Source of the DNA: Promethearchaeota archaeon
Lineage (GTDB): Archaea > Asgardarchaeota > Lokiarchaeia > Sigyniarchaeales > SOKP01
Assembly (NCBI GenBank): GCA_019058295.1
Contig: JAHPZI010000013.1
Location: 1-20,871 of the forward strand
Direction of reading: 5' to 3'
Length of the DNA stretch: 20,871 bases
The position numbers were made by a program, and so were the translations under genes. Below the pieces are notes generated by a model. It saw nothing but the letters and a program-made list of their open reading frames with translations, was not told the origin of the DNA and made no database searches. Shown here one piece after another: positions 1 through 9,158 of this stretch (position 1 is its first letter; the number at the start of each line of letters is the position of its first letter).

Positions 1-65
1 TTTCTTTAGCAATGTTTATTACTGCTTGAATTTTCAATTGATCGGTTTTTTGAAAATCTAAAAAT

Positions 66-3000
66 TTACTCACTTTTGCCCTTCCCCTCATCGAAATAGT
101 TATCATTATTAAGAACATATTCCGATTTTTCTAACTCTTTTATAGATTTATCATACGATTTTTTAAATTTCGTAAAAAATCCTTCTGGAAGACTAGTCAG
201 CTTGTATAGTATTAGATCCCTATCTTCTTTATTCCTAAATATTTTTTCTAAAACCATCTTAATTTCTTCTGGATTTTGACCAGATAGCTTTAGATTATTT
301 ATTGTTAAATGTTTATTTAAAAATTTTTCCTTCGCTTGCAACTTAATTTTTTCTGGAAGTTTTTTCTTCAGTTTAGGTTGTTCCTTTTTTTTACGGATAG
401 TAACATAAGTAGAACCAGCAGCAATACCACTTACAGAAGCGATACCTATGAATATTATGATTATGATTATTATTATTCCATTTTTGTCATCGTTATCATC
501 ATCATCGTCATCATCATCAACAGGTGTTATATCAGGACCTGTGTCTATATCCACCAATTCTACTATAAGTGATTTTGTGTTCATAATATTCCCTGCAAAA
601 TCAAATGTATAAAATGAGATATTGTATTGACCAGGATCATAGTCACATAAGTTAAAAGGCATAGTATAGACAGTCCAATCTGAATCGTTAATTTTATACA
701 TAATTGCAAATACCCCAGAGCCAAATCCATCATCAGCTATTAGTATAAAAATAGTTGTAATGTTTACTTTATTAAATTCAAAATATGCTATAAAAATAAT
801 CCAAGAGATTGGGGCTTCGATATCCAACAATTCTACTATAATTGAGTTAATTTTCTCAAAATGTCCTAATAAATCGAATGCATAAAACGAGATATTGTAT
901 TGACCTGGAGCATACCCAGATAAGTCAAAAGGTGCATTATATTCAATCCAACCTGAATCATTAATTTTATACATAATTGCAGATACCCCAGAGCCGAGTC
1001 CATCATCAGCTGATAATGTAAAAAGAGTAGTACTATTTACTTTATTATCTTCTTTATGTGGTGTAAATGAAATGGATGAGTTTGGCGAATTAATGTCTAT
1101 TGAAAAATGTCTCATATCAGATTGATACATCGTTCCAAGCGAATCGTTACCAAAGACTTGTATTGTATGAGCTCCCTCCGCTGGCATAGGAATATATTTA
1201 TTTCCTGAGATTGTTTTATTTTCTTGCCCATCCAATGAATATCCTATCCAATCAAGAGTAATCTCACTATTAAAGCTGAGCAGTAAGCCTTCTTCTTTGT
1301 TATCTCCAATATTGTAATCTGGATCCCAGGAATATCCAAGAGCATCAATATACATATTCATACCACTCGATGAAAGACAATTCTTTACATGAATTTGATT
1401 AACTGATGGATATGCACCTCTACATCCAAATGTACCTTTATCTACATCATCGAGATAGACTCTCATTGTATCCTCAGCCAATCCAAGATAAGGATCAGCA
1501 CCAGTCATCCTAAAATCTACTCTTACATGATACCATCTATCGCTCTCAGCACCAGTTAAAATAGTATAGTGAGTACCATTGTTAACTTTTATGTCACCCT
1601 CATAAAATCTAATCATTAATGGCCATGAATACGTACCGGGGGGATTAAAATCATAATAAAGCTCATAATTGGCGTATTGGGTTGCATCATCGGTTCTCAT
1701 ATAAAATTCTACCGTTCCCGTTGGTTGCCCCCCATCGGTAAAAGTTTGTATGCTTCTTCTCTCTAAACTATCTGCTTTATACATACCATAGACTTTTTTA
1801 TGCCCTCCAATATTTTCATATACTCCATATTGACTAGGTTGCCAATGAGTCCACCCCGAGGGAGTCACACCAGAACCAGTGGGATCATTTTCAAATCCAT
1901 AAGTAGCAGGATAATACCCCATTCCTGTGTAGGTTTTATTTTCTGGAGTTATTATATTTAGGAATGGATTAGAACTTTTATTAATAGTAAAATACCTCAC
2001 ATCAGATTGAACCATTGTTCCAAGAGTGTCTTCTCCAAAGACTTGGATTGTATGAAGTCCATCTGCTGGCATAGGAATTGTTTTATTTCCTGAGATTGTT
2101 TTATTTTCTTGCCCGTCCAATGAATATCCTATCCAATCAAGAGCAGTATCACTATTAAAGCTGACCAATAATCCTTTCTCTTTGTTATCTCCTATATTGT
2201 AATTTGGATCCCATGAATATCCAATAGCATCAACCCAGTAATAGTATCCAATATCATTGTATGCTGATTTAATGCGTAATGTGTTAATATTAGATTGATT
2301 ACTACTAAAACGATAATCTCCATAATACTCATTATCTATATACAAATGATATTTATATTGAGAAAGCCCCTGATACCCACCGGCTGCTCTGCATTCAAAA
2401 TCTATTCTTATATGATACCACGTATTAATCTCAATAGATCTAGTATTGTTATATGATGATGGCCCATCATAAGCTTCAATATAGTTTTGATAAGCATAAA
2501 TATGAATAACGTTAGTATCTCCTTGTCTTAAACGAATAATTGAATTCTTTGATGTATCTGAATATCTTGCCCATAATTCAATTGTTCCATATGTTTGAGC
2601 AGTAAATACGTTATCTGCAACTGCTGAGCCAGAAGTAGTACCATCATAAAGTTGCATCACCTTGTTGTGCCCATCTTGTGAGGCAATAACTTTCGATTCA
2701 CATGAAGAATGCCCAACATCGATCCAACCATCTGGGAATGAATCATCATTATCGTTTTCAAATCCAAAAGAGGCGGGATAATAGCCGCTCATCGGTGCCG
2801 TATATGTTTTGTTTTCAGGAGTTATTATATTTAGGAATGGATTAGAACTTGTAGAACTTGTATTAATTGTAAAATACCTCACATCAGATTGAACCATCGC
2901 TCCAAGAGTGTCTTCTCCAAAGACTTGGATTGTATGAAGTCCATCTGCTGGCATAGGAATTGTTTTATTTCCTGAGATTGTTTTATTTTCTTGCCCGTCC

Positions 3001-3986
3001 AATGAATATCCCATCCAATCAAGAGCAGTATCACTATTAAAGCTGAGCAGTAAGCCTTCTTCTTTGTTATCGCCAATTTGATAATTATCTTCTAAGCCCG
3101 TAATACCAATTGCATCCACGTATTCCCTAATTGTATATTGACTTTCTGATGAGGTCATTCTATAAAAACATGGACCACCTGTAGGATGATCGTCTTCAAA
3201 ATTTAAAATCGCTGAGGTATAAACTAAGATACCATCTTCATCGTAAACCCTAAATCTCCACTGATTTGCACCTAAACCCGCATAGCCTCCATCGCACGAA
3301 ATATCTATTGAATATCGATACCATCGATTGTATGTTTGGTCAATTCCTGAATCATAATCCGTTGCCCCATCCCAATATCGTATATCAGGGTTACCACTTG
3401 CGGACCATTTATACCATTGAAAGCGAGCAATCCATCCTAAGTCACCCTTTATTCCAAAGAAACTCCTATAAAATGCTCCAGAATCTTTATTAATTAAATT
3501 ATAGAATTCAATCGTACAATTTCTTGCATCAGTTGCTCCAGATTGTAGAAAGTATGCTGAAATCCAAGTTGTTGAACTACTTGAGTAATCTTTTAATTCA
3601 ATAACTTTATCGTGTCTATTTCCAACGGCATCTGTTTTATAAGAAACAACCTGTGCCCCGCATTTTGAAGGTTCCGGGGAAGTTCCACCTAGTTTATATA
3701 TATAATCAGAACGTAGGCTGCCATCAGCAACATCTTCAAATCCGTGGCTTCCAAGATAATAGCCGCTCATAGGTGCTGTGTAGGTATCATTCTCAGGAGT
3801 AGTAATATTGATCTCTGTACCGCTCGTTTTTGGCAATTTAAATACATCCGTATTAATTTCATCAAAGTCATCGCCATTAGAGTTAAGATCAATCGGAGTC
3901 ATTGAATTAAAGATAATAGTTGTTAAGAATAATCCTATGAGCACCGAAATTAAGATAAAGTCTCGTTTTCTAATGTTTTTTTTCAT
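66..3986 (-). CDS. Large type-I membrane/cell-surface protein: 3 x (Ig-like frame + inserted beta-rich lectin/ConA-like domain), 2 x OmpL47-type Ig-like domains, poly-Asp linker, TM helix, basic cytoplasmic tail
   Basis: Basic N-terminus plus hydrophobic signal/anchor (FILISVLIGLFLTTIIF). Three ~294-aa units (xPENxTY...YY...GFE...LDWxGYSLDGQENKTISGN). Two repeats of ADDGxGSGVxAIMYKINDSxW...PGQYNISFY. D-rich run, then a GIIIIIIIIFIG TM helix. Many N-x-S/T sequons. ATG at 3986 is preferred over GTG 3998 because GTGA fits as the SD. Fold names are inferred. Confidence 0.85.
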   Translation of the reverse strand: MKKNIRKRDFILISVLIGLFLTTIIFNSMTPIDLNSNGDDFDEINTDVFKLPKTSGTEINITTPENDTYTAPMSGYYLGSHGFEDVADGSLRSDYIYKLGGTSPEPSKCGAQVVSYKTDAVGNRHDKVIELKDYSSSSTTWISAYFLQSGATDARNCTIEFYNLINKDSGAFYRSFFGIKGDLGWIARFQWYKWSASGNPDIRYWDGATDYDSGIDQTYNRWYRYSIDISCDGGYAGLGANQWRFRVYDEDGILVYTSAILNFEDDHPTGGPCFYRMTSSESQYTIREYVDAIGITGLEDNYQIGDNKEEGLLLSFNSDTALDWMGYSLDGQENKTISGNKTIPMPADGLHTIQVFGEDTLGAMVQSDVRYFTINTSSTSSNPFLNIITPENKTYTAPMSGYYPASFGFENDNDDSFPDGWIDVGHSSCESKVIASQDGHNKVMQLYDGTTSGSAVADNVFTAQTYGTIELWARYSDTSKNSIIRLRQGDTNVIHIYAYQNYIEAYDGPSSYNNTRSIEINTWYHIRIDFECRAAGGYQGLSQYKYHLYIDNEYYGDYRFSSNQSNINTLRIKSAYNDIGYYYWVDAIGYSWDPNYNIGDNKEKGLLVSFNSDTALDWIGYSLDGQENKTISGNKTIPMPADGLHTIQVFGEDTLGTMVQSDVRYFTINKSSNPFLNIITPENKTYTGMGYYPATYGFENDPTGSGVTPSGWTHWQPSQYGVYENIGGHKKVYGMYKADSLERRSIQTFTDGGQPTGTVEFYMRTDDATQYANYELYYDFNPPGTYSWPLMIRFYEGDIKVNNGTHYTILTGAESDRWYHVRVDFRMTGADPYLGLAEDTMRVYLDDVDKGTFGCRGAYPSVNQIHVKNCLSSSGMNMYIDALGYSWDPDYNIGDNKEEGLLLSFNSEITLDWIGYSLDGQENKTISGNKYIPMPAEGAHTIQVFGNDSLGTMYQSDMRHFSIDINSPNSSISFTPHKEDNKVNSTTLFTLSADDGLGSGVSAIMYKINDSGWIEYNAPFDLSGYAPGQYNISFYAFDLLGHFEKINSIIVELLDIEAPISWIIFIAYFEFNKVNITTIFILIADDGFGSGVFAIMYKINDSDWTVYTMPFNLCDYDPGQYNISFYTFDFAGNIMNTKSLIVELVDIDTGPDITPVDDDDDDDDNDDKNGIIIIIIIIFIGIASVSGIAAGSTYVTIRKKKEQPKLKKKLPEKIKLQAKEKFLNKHLTINNLKLSGQNPEEIKMVLEKIFRNKEDRDLILYKLTSLPEGFFTKFKKSYDKSIKELEKSEYVLNNDNYFDEGKGKSE
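450..520. repeat. Imperfect trinucleotide tracts encoding poly-Ile (TM) and poly-Asp
   Basis: (TCA/TCG)n and (TTA/TGA)n runs on the + strand, translating on - as DDDDDDDDNDD and IIIIIIII. Confidence 0.85.
1100..3075. repeat. Three intragenic direct repeats of the constant segment (~1100-1305, ~1948-2190, ~2821-3075), period ~882 bp
   Basis: 1987-2164 and 2869-3046 match over 178 bp with 3 mismatches by manual comparison. 1264-1304 is identical to 3031-3071. Confidence 0.95.
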
Positions 3987-4130
3987 TTTTTTAATCACAT
4001 TTTTGTATAGTAAATTTTTATCTATTCAACAATAAAGTGATCATTTCATTTAAAATAGTAAGGTAGGATTTTTTACTACTAAAAATATAGTAATATTTAT
4101 TAAATAAATTTTGTACAAAATCATAAAGAT

Positions 4131-5066
4131 TTATTCAACCATTTCGGGATATAATTTCGCAAAATAATTAGGTACATGACTTGAGGCAAAAATTCCAGCT
4201 TCGGTAATTAATCCATCAATATACCTTCTACTTACTGTTTCGAATGCTGGATTCAATATTTGTATTCCCTCTGGTGGTTTTTCCCATATTTCGTTTGGAT
4301 CTCGCATTTCAATAGTTTCTAAAATTCCAAGATTAGTTTCAGGGTTATATTTTAGCAGTGGTGAACAGACATAGAACGGTATGTTTTCCTCGTGAGCTAC
4401 TAGAGCTAATAATCTTGAACCAATTTTATTTAATACAGTACCTTCTGAGGTAATCGAGTCTGCTCCGATTAATATTATATCAACTTGATAATGTCTTACT
4501 GCCCATCTCATTGCACTATCAACGACATGAATAACTTCTATACCAGCTTCCAATAATTCGTCTGCTGTTTTCCTACCCTGTAATCTAGGTTGCGTTTCAG
4601 TATTAATCACCTTAAAATTCTTTTTTTGCTTTTTAGCTTCTAATAGAATAGCTGTAACTAGTGTTGAGTGGCAATGAGTCATTACGATAAATTTTTCTTC
4701 AGTATCAGGAAAACGGCGAGCACCAATTTCAGCTATTTTTTTCTTCGATTCTTGAAGCATTTTATTATATTGATTTTTATACCTTTCAATAATATCAGGA
4801 ATATCTTCTAAACAGCAATTTTCCTTCTCTTTTTCTAATTTACTCATTAAAAAAGTTAATCCATTTTTCATTGCTGGCTCTGTTGGTCTTGTATCAATCA
4901 AAATCTCTCTTGCTTTGTATAAATTATCAATACAACTTTCGATATCAGGACACTCTAATCTTTTAGCATAATTACTTAAAAAATCTATGGCATTTAGAGC
5001 TACATTTGTTGCTCCTTGAATTTCTAAAGATTTTATTCTTTCAGCATCTTTTAACAATTGTTCCAT
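4131..5066 (-). CDS. Ribose-1,5-bisphosphate isomerase / eIF-2B alpha-beta-delta family protein
   Basis: Motifs IQGA, TRPT, THCHS (catalytic-Cys position of R15Pi), ETQPRLQG, GADS, NKIGS, NPAFE, ITEAG. Confidence 0.85.
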   Translation of the reverse strand: MEQLLKDAERIKSLEIQGATNVALNAIDFLSNYAKRLECPDIESCIDNLYKAREILIDTRPTEPAMKNGLTFLMSKLEKEKENCCLEDIPDIIERYKNQYNKMLQESKKKIAEIGARRFPDTEEKFIVMTHCHSTLVTAILLEAKKQKKNFKVINTETQPRLQGRKTADELLEAGIEVIHVVDSAMRWAVRHYQVDIILIGADSITSEGTVLNKIGSRLLALVAHEENIPFYVCSPLLKYNPETNLGILETIEMRDPNEIWEKPPEGIQILNPAFETVSRRYIDGLITEAGIFASSHVPNYFAKLYPEMVE

Positions 5067-5140
5067 ATCAATTCACAAAAATTTTTTTCTGTTATGATAA
5101 TAGTAATTAATTAATAAAAAGAATGTCAGATTTGAACAAT

Positions 5141-5332
5141 TTATTCTTCATCAAATTCGATTTCATCGTCTTGTTTAAACTCGTTCGGATCAACTTCAAT
5201 ATAAACCCGACCTATATAGCCACAATCTTGATCACTGCATTCATATAAATCTGGGGCTAGCCACCCACTAACGTTCGTAGCGTTTCTTAACGTGGGTTTT
5301 TTGCATTTTGGACATAACATAATTTTAGTCAT
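5141..5332 (-). CDS. Small zinc-ribbon protein
   Basis: CPKC...CSDQDCGY motif and acidic tail. GTGA SD-like motif 7 nt upstream of the ATG. Confidence 0.75.
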   Translation of the reverse strand: MTKIMLCPKCKKPTLRNATNVSGWLAPDLYECSDQDCGYIGRVYIEVDPNEFKQDDEIEFDEE

Positions 5333-5476
5333 CTATATGTCACGAAATTTTGCGTCAATACAATTATCTCTTTTTATAAAATTATTCGGTATAACAATTA
5401 AATATTAATCTACTTTATAATAAAAATGTATTAGAGATAATCTTATAAATTCTACTTTTTAATTATTGCTTAAAAT

Positions 5477-7300
5477 ATGACTGATTTGGAATTACAGAGG
5501 AAAAGTTTACCAAACGAACCAGGGGTTTATTTTTTTAAAGATTCAAATGAAGATATTATTTATATAGGAAAGGCTCGCAATCTTAGAAAAAGAGTATCAC
5601 AATATTTTGTAAAAACCAGCTATACTGATCCTTATTATGAAGAAAAAATTAAAGATTTAATAAAGAAGATAAACTCGATTGAATTTATCGTTACTGATAA
5701 TGAAAAAGAAGCTTCAATACTGGAAAATATTCAAATAAAAACGCATTTACCTCGTTATAATGTGATTATGCGAGATTCTAAATCATATCCATGGATTGCA
5801 ATTTTCTACTCGGAAGAATTTCCACGAATTCGAATAATTAGAAATCCGCAGTGGTTTTCTCAAGAAAACCTTTTTTTAGGTCCATATACAGATAAAAAAG
5901 AAATTAGGAGAATATTGAGAGATTTAAGAAAAATATTTCCATATTGTTCTTGCAAAAATAAGGTAAGGAAAAAAGAAAGACCATGCTTATATTATCAGTT
6001 AAAACTTTGTCCTGGTCCATGTATTGATGCGATAAGTAAAGAAGATTATTTAGCAAATGTAAAAAAAATTGAACTCTTTTTAAAAGGTGAAACTGAAGAA
6101 TTAATGAACCAGATAAAAAAAAAAATGGAGATTTCTGCCGAGGCACAGAATTATGAGATAGCTGCTCATTGGAGAGATAAGCTCGAAGCTATTGAGCACT
6201 CAACTATGAGTCAACATGTATTATTAGATCATGAAGTTAACAAGGACATTATTAGTTATTTTTATGAAAAAAATTATGCTGCTTTAGTAATTATTCATAT
6301 TCATGAAGGAAAAATTACAAATAAAAGTTCATTTAAGTTAGATTTAAGAGATAAAGTAATTCAAAAACCAGACATACTTGCTTCTTTTTTAGAACAATAT
6401 TATCATGATTTTAAATTTAATCTACCTGATAATATTGTAGTTCCAGAATTATATCATGGAGTTAATATTTTAAATGAAATTCTAAAAGATACCAAAATTG
6501 ATCTCCAAATTAGAACCCCCTTAGATGATGAAATACCGTTAATGCGTATAGCGAAAAAGAATGCAAGGGTTATGGTCAATCAACAAATAGAAATGGAAAA
6601 AATTAAACAGAAAGAAGAAGACCAAATTAAAAAGACGTTAGAATTGGCAAAAGAAATTTTAAGACTACCGAACATACCAAGAATCATTGAAGGATTTGAT
6701 ATTTCCAACATTGAAGGAACCGATGCAACTGGTTCGTTGGTATACTTTCTTGAAGGAAGCCCTTATAATAAAAATTATCGCTACTTTAAAATTCGTTCGA
6801 AATCAACGCCTGACGATGTTGCGATGATGAAAGAAGTTATTAAAAGGAGATATACTAAAGTTTTGGAGAGAGGTTGGGAATTACCTGATTTAATATTAGT
6901 TGATGGAGGCAAAGGTCAATTAAATGCCGCAGTTGGTGTTTTAGAAGATCTAAGTATTAAAAATCTTCCTATTATTGGTTTAGCAAAAAAATATGAAGAA
7001 ATATTCTTACCAGATGAGAAAGAACCAATAGTTCTACCTAAAACATCTCCAGTATTGAAATTACTTCAAAGAGTCAGAGATGAGGCCCATAGATTTGCTG
7101 TAAAGTTACATAAAAAGCAAAGAGAAAAGCGAATGAGGGATTCTATTTTAGACGATATTAAGGGCATTGGTCCAGCTACAAGAAATAAGTTATTAAAACA
7201 TTTTGGAAGTGTTGCGGGTTTAAAGAGAGCATCATACGACGAAATAGTAGGAGTTGTTGGTAGTAAAATCGCTGAAATCTTAGTCAAAAATTTAAAATGA
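5477..7300 (+). CDS. uvrC: Excinuclease ABC subunit C
   Basis: GIY-YIG domain (PGVY...IYIGKARNLRKRV), Cys cluster (CSC...RPCLYYQLKLCPGPC), UVR domain, RNase H-like domain (IEGFDISN, DD, PDLILVDGGKGQL, RDEAHRFA) and HhH (GIGP). Confidence 0.98.
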   Translation: MTDLELQRKSLPNEPGVYFFKDSNEDIIYIGKARNLRKRVSQYFVKTSYTDPYYEEKIKDLIKKINSIEFIVTDNEKEASILENIQIKTHLPRYNVIMRDSKSYPWIAIFYSEEFPRIRIIRNPQWFSQENLFLGPYTDKKEIRRILRDLRKIFPYCSCKNKVRKKERPCLYYQLKLCPGPCIDAISKEDYLANVKKIELFLKGETEELMNQIKKKMEISAEAQNYEIAAHWRDKLEAIEHSTMSQHVLLDHEVNKDIISYFYEKNYAALVIIHIHEGKITNKSSFKLDLRDKVIQKPDILASFLEQYYHDFKFNLPDNIVVPELYHGVNILNEILKDTKIDLQIRTPLDDEIPLMRIAKKNARVMVNQQIEMEKIKQKEEDQIKKTLELAKEILRLPNIPRIIEGFDISNIEGTDATGSLVYFLEGSPYNKNYRYFKIRSKSTPDDVAMMKEVIKRRYTKVLERGWELPDLILVDGGKGQLNAAVGVLEDLSIKNLPIIGLAKKYEEIFLPDEKEPIVLPKTSPVLKLLQRVRDEAHRFAVKLHKKQREKRMRDSILDDIKGIGPATRNKLLKHFGSVAGLKRASYDEIVGVVGSKIAEILVKNLK

Positions 7301-7352
7301 TTTAAGAATCTAATATAAATAAATAGTTAAATTAAATATGCGTTATTAATCG

Positions 7353-8438
7353 ATGCCAGAAAACCGAAAAAAACCGCTTTTGTTTGAAAAATACCCAGAC
7401 CTTGAAGCGGATATTCCTTGGATAAAACTTGCTCCCTTAAGAACTCCTGTTAAAAAGTTAACCATCTTAGAAAAAAAATTAGGGATTAACTCACTCTGGG
7501 TAAAATGCGACAACTTATCATCACCTTTATATGGAGGAAATAAGGTTCGAAAACTTGAGTTTCTTCTAGCAGACGCTACAGATAAAGGTTATAAAAAGGT
7601 TATGACAGCAGGGGGTCTTGGTTCCAACCATTGTGTAGCAACCGCAACATTTTGCAATCAATTGAACTTGAAACCTTCTGCAGTCTTGGCTGATCAACCC
7701 ATAACTAGTCATGTGAGAAATAACTTATTACTTGATTTATATTTCAAAAATAAAATTATCTATACAGATGAATATGATAAAGTTCCAAGAGATCCCGATG
7801 TTTATTACATGGTTCCCGGAGGAAGCACTCCTCTTGGAAATCTAGGTTTTGTAAATGCAGCACTTGAACTAAAAAATCAAATAAATAATGGAGATATACC
7901 AGAACCAGATTATTTATTTGTTGCGAGTGGATCCTCAGGTACAGCAGCAGGCCTATTGTTAGGATTTAAAATTGCTGAATTAAAAACAAAACTACACTCT
8001 GTACAGACGTCTTTCGCACCTTATTGTAGCTTTAATGCGGTGCGTAGATTGGCAAAAAAAACATGGAAACTTCTAGCTAAATCCTATAACTCAATTCCTA
8101 AGGCACCTATCGAGCAATTAAATTTTAACAAGGATTATTTTGGAGGTGAATACGGCTTACCAACGCAAGAAGGCATTGATGCTGTTAAGCTAATAAAAGA
8201 AGCAGAGGATATTACCCTTGAAACAACTTATACAGGAAAAACTTTCGCCGCATTATTGGGATTTGTCCGAGCTAATGAGAAGAAGAAAATCAAAGATAAA
8301 ACAATATTATTCTGGAATACATATAATAGCCGAGATTTTTTGGATATTTTAACGAAATTAGATTATCATGACTTACCACAAGAAATCCATTGGGTTTTTG
8401 AAAATCCATTAACAGATTTTGGATTAGAAAAAAATTAA
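7353..8438 (+). CDS. PLP-dependent D-cysteine desulfhydrase / ACC deaminase family enzyme
   Basis: GGNKVRKLEF (PLP lysine), SNH, PGG, ASGSSGTAAG and LETTYTGK motifs. Confidence 0.92.
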   Translation: MPENRKKPLLFEKYPDLEADIPWIKLAPLRTPVKKLTILEKKLGINSLWVKCDNLSSPLYGGNKVRKLEFLLADATDKGYKKVMTAGGLGSNHCVATATFCNQLNLKPSAVLADQPITSHVRNNLLLDLYFKNKIIYTDEYDKVPRDPDVYYMVPGGSTPLGNLGFVNAALELKNQINNGDIPEPDYLFVASGSSGTAAGLLLGFKIAELKTKLHSVQTSFAPYCSFNAVRRLAKKTWKLLAKSYNSIPKAPIEQLNFNKDYFGGEYGLPTQEGIDAVKLIKEAEDITLETTYTGKTFAALLGFVRANEKKKIKDKTILFWNTYNSRDFLDILTKLDYHDLPQEIHWVFENPLTDFGLEKN

Positions 8439-8537
8439 TAAATAAGGTTATAATTTTAAATAGTATTAAAATTAAATATTAACAACATCTATTAAAAAAA
8501 TAAAAATTTAGAAAATAATAAAATGAGGTCGATTTAA

Positions 8538-8990
8538 ATGGCTATGGGAAAAACAGGCGGTATTTTAATGCTTGTATCAGTTTTTCTGCCCGTATGGATG
8601 GTTTATATTTCAATTGAAATCTTGGGTATTGAAATTTCATTCAATTTGCTCTATTGGCTCTTTGGATTTTATATGATAACGGGTCTATTTGCGGGCACGA
8701 GTGTGATGACAATAGGATTCCAAATTGAAATAATTTCATTAGTAGTTTTTGGAGCATTATTAGCAATTTCAATTGTAGCTATTATAAAAGAGGGAACAAC
8801 CCAGATGGTATTGGGGTTTGTAGCTTTAGGCGTAATCAGTGCATATTTAATATTTTTTGATCTAGGATACGGATTTGGCTTTTTGTTGGGAATATGGGAT
8901 TTAGAGGTTCAGGTAATACCAATTGGGGGTGCTGTTTGTATAATTGGAGCTATTCTAGCAGCTTGGGGAGGAGCAAAAACTAGAATGTAA
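8538..8990 (+). CDS. Integral membrane protein, ~4-5 TM, unknown function
   Basis: Almost entirely hydrophobic and Gly-rich. GAGGT SD upstream and oligo-T downstream. Confidence 0.8.
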   Translation: MAMGKTGGILMLVSVFLPVWMVYISIEILGIEISFNLLYWLFGFYMITGLFAGTSVMTIGFQIEIISLVVFGALLAISIVAIIKEGTTQMVLGFVALGVISAYLIFFDLGYGFGFLLGIWDLEVQVIPIGGAVCIIGAILAAWGGAKTRM

Positions 8991-9010
8991 TTTTAAAAGA
9001 ATTTAATAAA

Positions 9011-9036
9011 TATTTTTTTTTATTTTTTTTTTTTCT
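9011..9036 (+). terminator. Oligo-T archaeal-type terminator
   Basis: T9-A-T12 run ~20 nt after the stop codon at 8990. Confidence 0.6.
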
Positions 9037-9158
9037 ACACATTTTCTTTTAAACTCATGAACGAACTATAAAAAAAACAGAAAGCTATATTTATGTAGAA
9101 TTTTTAGCTCCAATCTTATTCTACGATTTCGTCTATTTCGGCGGTGTTATTTTCCCTT

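Noticed and set aside
1987-3046. DGR template/variable repeat pair
   Set aside because: Both copies are in-frame coding, there are only three differences, and no reverse transcriptase is in the window.
9095-9124. Inverted repeat GTAGAAT/ATTCTAC between convergent genes
   Set aside because: A 7-bp AT-rich stem with a 16-nt loop is plausible by chance; at most a terminator aid.
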